Source of the DNA: Candidatus Paceibacter sp.
Lineage (GTDB): Bacteria; Patescibacteriota; Minisyncoccia; Phycocordibacterales; GCA-2747955
Length of the DNA: 64,000 bases
Assembly (NCBI GenBank): GCA_014237915.1
Contig: JABACC010000006.1
Span: 9,510-73,509 of the forward strand
Direction of reading: 5' to 3'
Position 1 is the first letter of the stretch; the number at the start of each line of letters is the position of its first letter. Under the pieces are notes generated by a model. It was not told where the DNA came from. It saw nothing but the letters and a program-made list of their open reading frames with translations, and searched no databases. This document shows positions 9,368 through 18,059 of this stretch, piece after piece. A program made the position numbers and the translations under genes.

Positions 9368-9943
9368 ATGAAAAAAATTTTATTTATACTTGTATTATCG
9401 GCACCTTTTTTATCTTTTGGGGAAATTTCAGAAGAAACTAAAAATTTTATGGAAGCAAACAATATTCCAGAAAATTGTAGTATTTGGTTTGACGGGTGTA
9501 ACACTTGCACAAAAACAGAAAATGGTTTTGAGTGCACTGAAATAGGGTGTTACCCAGCTTCAGAGCCTGCTGAATGTCTTACAACAGATGAAGAAAACGG
9601 AGAAAAAAAGATTGATAAAGACATAAATCCTTTAGCAACCACTTCAAACTTAGAAAAAAAAGCTCCAAAAAATTGTAGTGTTTGGTTTGATGGATGTAAT
9701 ACTTGTAAAAATATTGGAGGAAATTTTGCTTGCACAAAAAAAGCCTGTGCTGTAGAAAAAGATTCTTATTGTGAAGTTTTTCTTGATGATGAAAATTTTA
9801 AAGAGCCTTTGGACGGGCCGACAGATTTTGAAAATCCAAAAGAAAATCCACCTGAAAAAATAGGGGAAGCAGTGGAAGAAAAACCTGCAGATAAAAAAAA
9901 TATTTTTCAAAAAATCTGGAATTTCTTTGCTGGGATTTTTTAA
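9368..9943 (+). CDS. secreted protein with two tandem 6-Cys modules (NCS[IV]WFDGCNTC...F.CT...C)
   Basis: N-terminal signal peptide. Two repeats: 'ENCSIWFDGCNTCTKTENGFECTEIGCY..AEC' and 'KNCSVWFDGCNTCKNIGGNFACTKKACAVEKDSYCE'. Acidic C-terminal tail. Confidence 0.5.
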   Translation: MKKILFILVLSAPFLSFGEISEETKNFMEANNIPENCSIWFDGCNTCTKTENGFECTEIGCYPASEPAECLTTDEENGEKKIDKDINPLATTSNLEKKAPKNCSVWFDGCNTCKNIGGNFACTKKACAVEKDSYCEVFLDDENFKEPLDGPTDFENPKENPPEKIGEAVEEKPADKKNIFQKIWNFFAGIF

Positions 9944-9963
9944 TAATTTTTTATTTTAGAATG

Positions 9964-10006
9964 AAAAAGTGCCGAAAAATGGCGAAGCCATTTTTCGGCA
10001 CTTTTT
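9964..10006. terminator. hairpin terminator (aaaagtgccgaaaaatggcgaagccatttttcggcactttt)
   Basis: Perfect inverted repeat followed by a T-run. It lies inside the annotated N-terminal extension of the mnmA ORF, which argues for a later start. Confidence 0.6.
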
Positions 10007-10020
10007 GTTATAATTTTTAT

Positions 10021-11181
10021 ATGTTTAAAAATTTTTTATCTAATTTTAAATTCAATAAAAATCAAAATTATTTTCCTCCCTTAAAAAATGAAAAAGGAGA
10101 AAAAACAAAAATTTTTGTGGGGCTTTCTGGAGGAGTTGACTCTTCAGTTTCTGCGGCAATTTTGAAAAAAAAAAGTTTTGATGTGACAGGGGTTTTTATA
10201 AAAGTTTATCAGCCAGAATTTTTGGATTGCTCTTGGGCAGACGAGCGGGATGATGCAAAAAAAATATGTCTTAAATTAAATATTCCTTTTTTAGAACTTG
10301 ATTTAGAAAAAGAATATAAAAAATATATTTTTGACTATATGTTGGAAACTTACAAAAAAGGCCAAACTCCAAACCCCGATGTTTTTTGTAATAAATATAT
10401 AAAATTTGGCGCTTTTTTAGATTTTGCAGAAAAAAAAGGAGCAGATTTTGTGGCCACGGGGCATTATGCAACAAAAATTTACGATCAGAAAAAAGAAATA
10501 TTTTTTTTACAAAAATCAAAAGATACAAAAAAAGACCAAACTTATTTTTTATCTCAAATTTCTCAAAAACAACTTTCCAAAATTATTTTCCCAATTGGGA
10601 ATTTAGAAAAAAAAGATGTTCGCAAAAAAGCGAAAAAATTTAATCTTTTTACTGAAAATAAAAAAGATTCGCAAGGTCTTTGTTTTGTTGGAAAAATAAA
10701 AATGAGAGAATTTTTACAAGAATTTATAGAAAAAAAAGAAGGTGATGTCTTAGATTCTTCTGGAGAAAAAATTGGAGAACACGAAGGAGCAATTTTTTAC
10801 ACAATTGGCCAAAGGCACGGATTTTCAATTTCTGGAAAATTTAAAAAACCCGATCAGGAAAAACTTTTTGTTTTGGAAAAAAACAATGAAGAAAATATTT
10901 TAATTGTGGGGCCTTTTTCTGAGCTTAAAAAAATAGATAAAAATCTTGATAAAATTTATTTTAAAAACGAAATTTTTATTTCAGAAAATTTAAAAAAGGG
11001 TGACGAGATTTTGACCCAGATTCGTTATCGCGGAGAAAAAATTTATTCTGTTTTAGATTTTGATGAGTGCGGTTTTTTTGCCAAGGCAAAAAAACCGCAC
11101 TCATCAGTTTCATCTGGGCAAATAATTGCCTTTTATTCAAAAAATGGAAATTTTTGTCTTGGAAGTGCAATAATAATTTAA
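10021..11181 (+). CDS. mnmA: tRNA-specific 2-thiouridylase
   Basis: PP-loop 'GLSGGVDSSVSA'; C-terminal MnmA-like region. Start placed after the hairpin, at ATG 10021 rather than 9961. Confidence 0.85.
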   Translation: MFKNFLSNFKFNKNQNYFPPLKNEKGEKTKIFVGLSGGVDSSVSAAILKKKSFDVTGVFIKVYQPEFLDCSWADERDDAKKICLKLNIPFLELDLEKEYKKYIFDYMLETYKKGQTPNPDVFCNKYIKFGAFLDFAEKKGADFVATGHYATKIYDQKKEIFFLQKSKDTKKDQTYFLSQISQKQLSKIIFPIGNLEKKDVRKKAKKFNLFTENKKDSQGLCFVGKIKMREFLQEFIEKKEGDVLDSSGEKIGEHEGAIFYTIGQRHGFSISGKFKKPDQEKLFVLEKNNEENILIVGPFSELKKIDKNLDKIYFKNEIFISENLKKGDEILTQIRYRGEKIYSVLDFDECGFFAKAKKPHSSVSSGQIIAFYSKNGNFCLGSAIII

Positions 11182-11247
11182 TTTTTGTTAAGTTTTTAGA
11201 AAAGTAAATTTTTATGTTATAATTTTCTTACTTTTTTAAGTTTTTTT

Positions 11248-11300
11248 CAAAATTTAAATTTAAATTTAAAAACATCGCGGAAGTTGTGAAATGGTATCTC
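11248..11300 (+). repeat. 53-nt direct repeat: tRNA leader plus a degenerate 5' half of tRNA-fMet (non-functional copy)
   Basis: caaaatttaaatttaaatttaaaaacatcgcggaagttgtgaaatggtatctc versus 11351..11403. This copy lacks an anticodon arm and T arm. Confidence 0.7.
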
Positions 11301-11378
11301 CGACAGGAATCAGAGCGAATATTTATGAGCCGAAATCTCAAAAAACTTTTCAAAATTTAAATTTAAATTTAAAAACAT

Positions 11379-11449
11379 CGCGGAGTAGAGAAATGGTATC
11401 TCGGGAGGCTCATAACCTCCAGAATCTGGTTCGATTCCAGACTCCGCAA
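11379..11449 (+). tRNA. initiator-type tRNA-Met (anticodon CAU)
   Basis: Hand-folded. Acceptor cgcggag/ctccgca has a C1xA72 mismatch, the bacterial initiator hallmark. D stem gaga/tctc, anticodon stem ggagg/cctcc with loop ctCATaa, T arm tctgg-ttcgatt-ccaga. CCA is not encoded. Confidence 0.75.
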
Positions 11450-11450
11450 C

Positions 11451-12080
11451 ATGGTAATTTCAAAAACAGAAAAATATTCTTTCAAGGTTTCTTTTGGTGA
11501 TAAAACTATCGCCATAAACCCTGTTTCAAAAGAATCTAAAAATAAAGTTTCAAAATATGGATCAGATATTGCAATTTCAACTCTGCCCCATCCTGACTTT
11601 TCTGGATTTTCAGAAGTTTCTTATAAAGACAAAATTCCTTTTAAAATCTCGGGCCCCGGAGAATACGAAGTTTCAGAAATTTTTGTTAAAGGTTTTGGGA
11701 TTTCAGCAAAATATCAAGGAGAAGATTTTTTAGCTACGACTTACACAATAGCAATTGACGGAATAAATTTAACAATCCTTTCACCACTTTTAAACAAAGA
11801 AGATTTTTCCAACGAAGCTTACGAAGAATTTACGAATACTGATATTTTGATTTTGCCTTTAGGAGACGGAGATTTTTTAAATTCAAAAGAAGCAGTTTCC
11901 ATTGCCAAAAATTTCTCACCAAAAGCAATTATTCCTGCTGGATATTCTAAAAAAGAAGACTTGCAAGATTTTTTGAAAGAATTAGGAAAAGAAAATTTAA
12001 AAGAAGAAGAAAAACTGACTATCAAAAGAAGTGATTTAAAAGAAGACGAAGTAAAAGTTGTTCCATTGAAAATTGTTTAA
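11451..12080 (+). CDS. hypothetical protein, possibly a metallo-beta-lactamase-fold hydrolase-like protein
   Basis: 209 aa. The listed ATG is 1 nt after the tRNA, so the true start is uncertain. Weak resemblance only. Confidence 0.3.
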   Translation: MVISKTEKYSFKVSFGDKTIAINPVSKESKNKVSKYGSDIAISTLPHPDFSGFSEVSYKDKIPFKISGPGEYEVSEIFVKGFGISAKYQGEDFLATTYTIAIDGINLTILSPLLNKEDFSNEAYEEFTNTDILILPLGDGDFLNSKEAVSIAKNFSPKAIIPAGYSKKEDLQDFLKELGKENLKEEEKLTIKRSDLKEDEVKVVPLKIV

Positions 12081-12111
12081 AAAATAAACAATCTTAGATT
12101 TAATTTTAGAT

Positions 12112-12183
12112 TAAAATTTAATTTTTAATTGAAATTAAAAATAGTGTGGATTTTGCTTCGCAAAATCCACGGCAAAAAATAAA
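12112..12183. repeat. about 70-bp direct repeat copy 1, containing a stem-loop of the GTGGATTTTGC family
   Basis: aatttaatttttaattgaaattaaaaatagtgtggattttgcttcgcaaaatccacggcaaaaaataaaa. Near-identical to 14013..14086. Confidence 0.75.
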
Positions 12184-12197
12184 AAATTTTACAAAAA

Positions 12198-14006
12198 ATG
12201 TTTAAAATTTTTAATAAAAAAAAGAATAATAAATATAAATCAAAAGATTTAAAAGAGGGCTGGAAAATAGTCTGGAAATATTTTTTGTTTTATAGAAAAA
12301 AAATATATCCGATAATTTTCTTGTCATTGTTATCAGCTATTATTTTATCTCTTTCTCCAATTTTTTGGGGAAAATTTTTCCAGTCTTTCACAACCTTAGA
12401 GAAGTATATTTTTTTAGAAAAAGAAATTTACTATATTTTTATATTTTTTGCAATTATTATAATTTTAGAAATTTTAGAAGCATTAATAGCTTATATGAGA
12501 CATCTCAAGAGAGGTTTTTTATGGGGGAAAATTTACATAGATAGAAAAAATAAATCATTTTCTTTAATTCAAAGACTCCCTTTTTCTTTTCATAAAAATA
12601 AAAAATTTGGAAATTACAGCTCTGTTATAAATAGATCGAATTACAATCTTCCGGAAATTTTAGCAGATCATCTTTCTGATTTTTTACCTAACTTTTTATT
12701 TTTAATAATTAGTTTGGTCATAATTTCTTTTTTTTATTGGCCAATTTCTTTAGTTCTTTTAGTTTATATTTTTTTTCACTTTTACATTAGTTTTTCAAAA
12801 TCTTTCAAAATCACAGGTTTATATAAAAAGTCAAACGAACAAGAAAAAAAAGCCGACGAAGATTATTCTGAAAACCTTTTAAATATATTTGATCTTAAGA
12901 AAAATTCAGCAGAAAAGCAGGAGCAAGAAAAAATAAAAAAAGACTTCGATGGGCTTTTCGGAGAGATGGCAAAAATAAGATTTTTTTGGGCCACTGATTT
13001 ATTAACAAAGGGAGGTCTTTTTATTTTTGTAAATTTTATTGTTTTTTCTCTATCAATACTTTCTTTTTTTCAAGGGAAAATTGGAGTTGATTTTTTAATT
13101 ACTATAAATATATATCTAAGTCAGATGTTCCGGCCTCTTACAAGACTTGCAAATTTGGGTAGTTATTTTTTAGAATCGGCAATTAAAATAAAAGATTCTG
13201 AAAGCATCATGAACACAAAACCAGAAAATTATATTCCAGAAAAAAGCCAGAAGATAAAAAATTTTTCTGGAGATATTTCTTTTAAAAATGTTACTTTTTC
13301 TTACCCTGACGGAAAAGGTGAAAAAGTTTTAAAAAATGTTTCGTTGGAAATTAAAAAAGGAGAAAAGGTGGCTTTTGTGGGAAAATCTGGATCTGGAAAA
13401 ACCACAATGGTTGATTTAATTGGAGCTTTCTATTTTCCGCAAAAAGGAAAAATTTTAATCGATGGTGTAGAAACAAAAAAAATTCAACTCACAGATTTAC
13501 GATCAAAAATAGCTTATGTTTCTCAAGATATTTCTCTTTTTAACAGCAGTGTTTCTGACAATATTTCTTATGGAAATAAAAAAGCTACAAAAAAAGAAAT
13601 AGAAGAAGCTTCAAAGCTTGCCGGAGCCCATGAGTTTATAAAAAAGTTTCCGAAAGGCTATAAACAAATTGTTGGAAACAGGGGAATTAAACTTTCCGGA
13701 GGGCAAAAACAAAGAGTGGTTATTGCAAGAGCAATTTTGAGAAACCCCAAGATTTTAATTTTAGATGAGCCAACATCCGCTTTAGATATTGAATCTGAAG
13801 TTTTTATCTCAAATTCAATGAAAAAATTAATGGAAGGAAGAACCACAATAATTATTGCTCACAGGCTTTCAACGGTGAGAGAAGCTGATAAAATTTTTGT
13901 TTTTGAAAACGGAGAAATTATAGAAAAAGGAAAGCACAAAGAACTTTTGGAAAAAAAAGGTGTTTATAAAAAATTTAATGATTTAAGTTTAGGGGTTTTG
14001 CAATAA
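12198..14006 (+). CDS. ABC transporter, fused permease/ATPase (type I exporter, MsbA-like)
   Basis: Six-TM N-terminal half. Walker A 'GKSGSGKTT', signature 'LSGGQKQR', Walker B 'ILILDEPTSALD', H-loop 'AHRLST'. Confidence 0.85.
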   Translation: MFKIFNKKKNNKYKSKDLKEGWKIVWKYFLFYRKKIYPIIFLSLLSAIILSLSPIFWGKFFQSFTTLEKYIFLEKEIYYIFIFFAIIIILEILEALIAYMRHLKRGFLWGKIYIDRKNKSFSLIQRLPFSFHKNKKFGNYSSVINRSNYNLPEILADHLSDFLPNFLFLIISLVIISFFYWPISLVLLVYIFFHFYISFSKSFKITGLYKKSNEQEKKADEDYSENLLNIFDLKKNSAEKQEQEKIKKDFDGLFGEMAKIRFFWATDLLTKGGLFIFVNFIVFSLSILSFFQGKIGVDFLITINIYLSQMFRPLTRLANLGSYFLESAIKIKDSESIMNTKPENYIPEKSQKIKNFSGDISFKNVTFSYPDGKGEKVLKNVSLEIKKGEKVAFVGKSGSGKTTMVDLIGAFYFPQKGKILIDGVETKKIQLTDLRSKIAYVSQDISLFNSSVSDNISYGNKKATKKEIEEASKLAGAHEFIKKFPKGYKQIVGNRGIKLSGGQKQRVVIARAILRNPKILILDEPTSALDIESEVFISNSMKKLMEGRTTIIIAHRLSTVREADKIFVFENGEIIEKGKHKELLEKKGVYKKFNDLSLGVLQ

Positions 14007-14012
14007 TTTTTT

Positions 14013-14086
14013 AAATTTAATTTTAAATTGGAATTAAAAATAGTGTGGATTTTGCCTTCGGCAAAATCCACGGCAAAAAATAAAAT
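14013..14086. repeat. about 70-bp direct repeat copy 2 (terminator-like hairpin)
   Basis: See 12112..12183. Confidence 0.75.
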
Positions 14087-14161
14087 AAGATTTTTGGAAA
14101 ACAAATAAAATTTCTAAAAAATTTGTTATAATTTTAAAAATTTTATTTTAAATAAAAATTT

Positions 14162-14235
14162 GTCGGGGTAGCTCAGATGGTTAGAGCGCGGCACTCATAA
14201 CGCCGAGGTCGTGGGTTCAATTCCCACCTTCGACA
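14162..14235 (+). tRNA. tRNA with anticodon CAU (elongator Met or Ile2; cannot be distinguished)
   Basis: Hand-folded. D arm gctc/gagc, anticodon loop ctCATaa on stem cggca/cgccg (one AxC mismatch), T arm gtggg-ttcaatt-cccac, acceptor gtcgggg/cttcgac with two GU pairs. Confidence 0.65.
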
Positions 14236-14448
14236 CAAAAATTGGAAAATTTAAAAAATAGTTTTTTGTATTTAAAATCAAAAAATTTTCATAAAATTTA
14301 AAACTTAATAAATTTTGTTTTATTTATATTCTTTTTAAATTTAATGTCAAGTTTTTTAAGAGGGCAAAAAGCGAAGCTTTTTGCCCTCTTAAAAAAATAA
14401 AAATAAAAAAATAAAAATTTCTCAAAACATTTTTGTTATAATAAAAAA

Positions 14449-14898
14449 ATGACATTTTTATTAAAAAATAAAAAACTTTCACATAATTATCTTGAAATTA
14501 AAAATTATTTTGCTGGAATGGTTCTTTTTGGCTTTGAAGTAAAATCTTTAAAAAACAAAAAAGGTTCTTTTGAAGGATCTTACATTTCTGAAAAACAAGG
14601 GGAGCTTTTTTTAAAAAATTTTTATATTCCTCCGTATCAAGAAAAAAATACTCCCGACTCTTACGACTCTTATCGCGATCGAAAAATACTTTTAAAAAAA
14701 GATGAAATTGAAGAAATTTTAAAAGAATCTAATTCAAGTGGGATAGCAATAATTCCAAAAAAAATTTTTCTAAAAAATAATTTTTTAAAAATGGAAATTG
14801 TTTTAGCAAGAGGTGCTAAAAAATTTGATAAAAGAGAAAAAATTAAAAAAAGAGACGAGCAAAGGGAAATAGGAAGGAAATTAAAAAAAGGGATTTAG
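14449..14898 (+). CDS. smpB: SsrA-binding protein
   Basis: '...AGMVLFGFEVKSLKNKKGSFEGSYI...ELFLKNFYIPPY...RDRKILLKK.E..K' matches the SmpB consensus. Confidence 0.8.
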   Translation: MTFLLKNKKLSHNYLEIKNYFAGMVLFGFEVKSLKNKKGSFEGSYISEKQGELFLKNFYIPPYQEKNTPDSYDSYRDRKILLKKDEIEEILKESNSSGIAIIPKKIFLKNNFLKMEIVLARGAKKFDKREKIKKRDEQREIGRKLKKGI

Positions 14899-14982
14899 AA
14901 AAATTTTTAAATTTAAAGGTTTTAAAAAAGGCGGATTTTGCCGAAGGCAAAATCCACCCTTTTTATTTTTTCATTTTTTATA

Positions 14983-15582
14983 TTAATTTTTCTGATTAAA
15001 AATATTCATCGTTTCAACCCTTCCTTTTTCCACTAAAGAAAAAATAATTTTTTCTACCTGTGAAACAATTTTCTGCTCAAAAATCTTTTCGTGTTTTTTA
15101 GACATTTTTTTGTAAACCAAATAATTATTTAAATCAGTTTTGTTTGGCTTTTTCATTTTTCCAAAAAAATTAGTGGGGCAAACCCCAATTCTAATTCTTG
15201 TAAAATTTTTACTCGAAAGCGAGTTTTCTATACTTTTAATTCCGTTGTGGCCACCACTTCCTCTGGAGTAAGAAATTCGCACTTGCCCAAAAGGAAGATC
15301 AATATCATCATAAACAACAAATAATTTTTCTAAATCAATAGTTTCCATTTTTTGAAAAATTTCTCCAGAATTGTTCATAAAAGTTTGAGGTATTAAAAAA
15401 TTAATTTTTTCTCCAGATAAAAAAGCAGAAGAAGACAGAGATTTTAAAAATTTTTTATTTTCCCAAGTAGAAAAAATATTAGAATTTTTTTCAACAATTT
15501 TTTTTAAAACCTCACCCCCAATATTGTGTGGAGTCATATCAAATTCCCCTTTAGGGTTTGCAAGGCCAACAAAGATAAACAT
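14983..15582 (-). CDS. pth: Peptidyl-tRNA hydrolase
   Basis: 'FIFVGLANPKGEFDMTPHNIG' matches LIVGLGNPG..Y..TRHN(V/I)G. The start is probably at MFIFVGL rather than the longer listed ORF. Confidence 0.8.
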   Translation of the reverse strand: MFIFVGLANPKGEFDMTPHNIGGEVLKKIVEKNSNIFSTWENKKFLKSLSSSAFLSGEKINFLIPQTFMNNSGEIFQKMETIDLEKLFVVYDDIDLPFGQVRISYSRGSGGHNGIKSIENSLSSKNFTRIRIGVCPTNFFGKMKKPNKTDLNNYLVYKKMSKKHEKIFEQKIVSQVEKIIFSLVEKGRVETMNIFNQKN

Positions 15583-15630
15583 AAAATAATTATAGCTTAA
15601 AAACAAAAAATATGGTAAAATTTTCCGGCA

Positions 15631-16200
15631 ATGTTTCTTAAAAAAATAAAAAATTTTCTCACAAAAGAAAATTTAATTGAAATAACCAAAACAATCATTT
15701 TGGCAGCCATTATAATTTTACCAATCAGAATATTTATAATGGAACCATATATGGTAATTGGAAAATCAATGAGCCCTTCTTTTGAAACTGGAAATTATCT
15801 TTTAATAAACAAATTTTCACACAAAAATTCTGAAGTTGAAAGGGGAAGTATTATGGTTTTTCAGTCTCCAAATTCTGACAAAGATTATATAAAAAGAATC
15901 GTCGGACTTCCAAATGAAAGTATTTTAATAGAAGAAGGAAAAGTTTTTATTAAAAAAACAAACGATGGAATTTTTGAAGAATTGAAAGAGCCTTATGTTG
16001 AAAATTTTTCTTTTAAAGATCAGCCAGAAATTTTAGTAGAAGAAAACGAGTATTATGTTTTAGGAGACAATCGCTCAAATAGTTTGGACTCAAGGTATTT
16101 TGGGTCAGTTTCGAAAGAAAGTTTTAAAGGAGAGCCATTTTTTAGACTTTATCCTTTTTCTTTAAGCCCAAGTGAATACAAAAATTTTAATATAGACTAA
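15631..16200 (+). CDS. lepB: Signal peptidase I
   Basis: S26 motifs 'GKSMSPSF', 'YIKRIVGLPNE', 'VLGDNRSNSLDSRYFG'. Confidence 0.85.
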   Translation: MFLKKIKNFLTKENLIEITKTIILAAIIILPIRIFIMEPYMVIGKSMSPSFETGNYLLINKFSHKNSEVERGSIMVFQSPNSDKDYIKRIVGLPNESILIEEGKVFIKKTNDGIFEELKEPYVENFSFKDQPEILVEENEYYVLGDNRSNSLDSRYFGSVSKESFKGEPFFRLYPFSLSPSEYKNFNID

Positions 16201-16210
16201 AAAATAAAAA

Positions 16211-17341
16211 ATGAAAGTTAACAATAAAGAAGAAAAAAAGAATATCAAAAATATCTCAGATTATATCGCAAGTAGTTTTGGTTTTAATTTTTTAGACATA
16301 AAAACAACTGTTTTTTTTGGAAAAGAAGAAAATGTTTTATCGGAAGAAAAAATTAAGGTTATAAAAAATTATGCAAAAAAAGATGGTTCAAAAAAAATCA
16401 TGCCTTCAAGAATGCTTTTTTACAATAAGCCACTTTTAAAAAAATCTGGATCTTTAAAAAAAGATAAAATAGGTTTAGATATTATAAATTTTGAAGGCGC
16501 TCTAGCTGAGGCCGTTGTTATAAAAACTGCCATTTCTATTTTAGAAGAAGAGGGTTATAAAAATATTGAAGTAGCCTTAAATTCAATTGGTGATAAAGAA
16601 AGTGTTAAAATTTTTAAAAAGGAATTAGCTGCTTATTATCGAAAAAATAAATTAGCTTTGAAAAAAAATGAAATTGCAAAAATTACCAAAGACCCAATGG
16701 AGCTTTTACTTTCAAAACTGCCGCACCTTGTAGAGCTTAATCACGATGCCCCAAAACCAATAAATTTTCTTTTAGAAGAAGATATAAAATTTTTTCAGCA
16801 GGTTATTGAATTTTTAGAAAATTTAAATATAAATTATTCTATCAACGATTCACTTTTTGGAGACAAAGAAATCTTTTCTAAAACAATTTTTCAAATTACT
16901 GGAAATTTAGACAAAAAAGAAAAAGAAAATTTAGCTTTTGGTGGAAGATATGATGATTTAGCAAAAAGTACAGCAAGAAAAAGAAAAATTTCAGCCGTTG
17001 GACTTTCAATGGATTTTACAAAGAAAAACAAAAAAGCTTTAAAGCTTTCAGAAAAAAAAGTTAATATTCATCTTTTAAAAATAGGCTACACAGCTAATTT
17101 GAAATTTTTAGAAGTTTTAGATGTTTTTAAAAAAGTTGGGCAGCCTTTGAAATATGACATAGTTGAAGAAAAAATTTCTAATCAAATAGTAAATGCTCTT
17201 GAAGACAAAGCTGATTATTCAATTATTTTTGGCCAAAAAGAAGCAAATGAAAACAAAGTTGTTTTAAGAGAAATGAAAACCAAATCTCAAAATGAGATAG
17301 AAATTAAAAATTTACAAAAATATATTAAAAAATTAATTTAA
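16211..17341 (+). CDS. Histidyl-tRNA synthetase-like protein (HisRS/HisZ family) with degenerate class-II motifs
   Basis: Motif 3-like 'AFGGRYDDLA' and a HisRS-type anticodon-binding C-terminal domain. The motif-2 region 'IMPSRMLFYNKP...KKDKIGLDIINFEG' has Lys where catalytic Arg residues are expected. Confidence 0.5.
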   Translation: MKVNNKEEKKNIKNISDYIASSFGFNFLDIKTTVFFGKEENVLSEEKIKVIKNYAKKDGSKKIMPSRMLFYNKPLLKKSGSLKKDKIGLDIINFEGALAEAVVIKTAISILEEEGYKNIEVALNSIGDKESVKIFKKELAAYYRKNKLALKKNEIAKITKDPMELLLSKLPHLVELNHDAPKPINFLLEEDIKFFQQVIEFLENLNINYSINDSLFGDKEIFSKTIFQITGNLDKKEKENLAFGGRYDDLAKSTARKRKISAVGLSMDFTKKNKKALKLSEKKVNIHLLKIGYTANLKFLEVLDVFKKVGQPLKYDIVEEKISNQIVNALEDKADYSIIFGQKEANENKVVLREMKTKSQNEIEIKNLQKYIKKLI

Positions 17342-17386
17342 AAAATATTTTTTTATTTTTTAAATTATGTTAAAATTTTCCTCAAT

Positions 17387-17611
17387 ATGATAAATGTAAA
17401 AATCACTAAAAAAGACGGAGAAAATGCCATAATGGTTTTAAGAAATTTTTCTACTAGGTTTAAAAGATCTGGAATTTTACCGAAAGTTAAAGGGGAAAAA
17501 TTTGAAAGTAGAAAATTATCTTCTTTTTTTAGAAAAAAACAAGCTTTAAGAAAAATTGAAAAAACTGCAAAAAATAAAAGATTAGACAAATTGGGAAAAT
17601 TAAAAAGATAG
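17387..17611 (+). CDS. rpsU: 30S ribosomal protein S21
   Basis: 'VLRNFSTRFKRSGILPKVKGEKFESRKLSSFFRKKQA' matches S21 (RRFKRSCEKAGVL...RRREFYEKP...RKRAK). Confidence 0.7.
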   Translation: MINVKITKKDGENAIMVLRNFSTRFKRSGILPKVKGEKFESRKLSSFFRKKQALRKIEKTAKNKRLDKLGKLKR

Positions 17612-17631
17612 AATTTGTATTTTATTTTTAA

Positions 17632-17713
17632 GCCGGAGTGGTGGAATTGGTAGACACGCACGACTCAAAATCGTGTGCAGCAATGCGTGAGGGTTCAAGT
17701 CCCTCCTCCGGCA
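17632..17713 (+). tRNA. tRNA-Leu (anticodon CAA), type II with long variable arm
   Basis: Acceptor gccggag/ctccggc, anticodon stem cacga/tcgtg with loop ctCAAaa, long variable arm, T arm gaggg-ttcaagt-ccctc. Confidence 0.8.
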
Positions 17714-17748
17714 CAGATTTAGAGCTTAGCTTTTAATATTTTTTTGCC

Positions 17749-17776
17749 GTGGATTTTGCCGAAGGCAAAATCCACG
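17749..17776. terminator. stem-loop gtggattttgcc-gaag-gcaaaatccac (dispersed hairpin family)
   Basis: Perfect 12-bp stem with a tetraloop, flanked by T/A runs. The same stem recurs at seven sites in the window. Confidence 0.6.
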
Positions 17777-17801
17777 GCAAAAAATGTGATAAAATAAAAA
17801 A

Positions 17802-18059
17802 ATGTTTATTCGCATACTCTTAAATATTTCCATACTTTTATCCATTTTTTTCTTACCTTGGTATTTTATTTTTATTATTTTTACTTTTTCACTTTTTTAT
17901 TATGAATATTTTTTTGAAATATTTTTTTGGGCCTTTTTTTACGATTTTATTTTTGGCTTATCTTTTTTTGAATATGATTTTTTATCAAATTATTTTTTTA
18001 ATGTCTCTTCAGTAATACTTTTTTTTATAATATATAATTTTAAAAAATATATTTATTAA
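17802..18059 (+). CDS. small Phe-rich membrane protein (hypothetical)
   Basis: 85 aa, highly hydrophobic, immediately upstream of the PBP2 gene. Low complexity. Confidence 0.25.
   Translation: MFIRILLNISILLSIFFLPWYFIFIIFTFSLFYYEYFFEIFFWAFFYDFIFGLSFFEYDFLSNYFFNVSSVILFFIIYNFKKYIY

Noticed and set aside
9961-10020. Long N-terminal extension of mnmA (and similarly of glyS at 25946..26038)
   Set aside because: Both extensions consist of long perfect palindromes (terminators of the upstream genes). Downstream ATGs were chosen.
11291-11500. 69-aa ORF overlapping tRNA-fMet
   Set aside because: It overlaps a well-folded tRNA and the duplicated leader, so it is not coding.
14449-14898. tmRNA (ssrA) near smpB, or in the GC-rich island at 6986..7160
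   Set aside because: No tRNA-like T-arm (GGTTCGANTCC) plus acceptor end, and no plausible tag reading frame, in either region.
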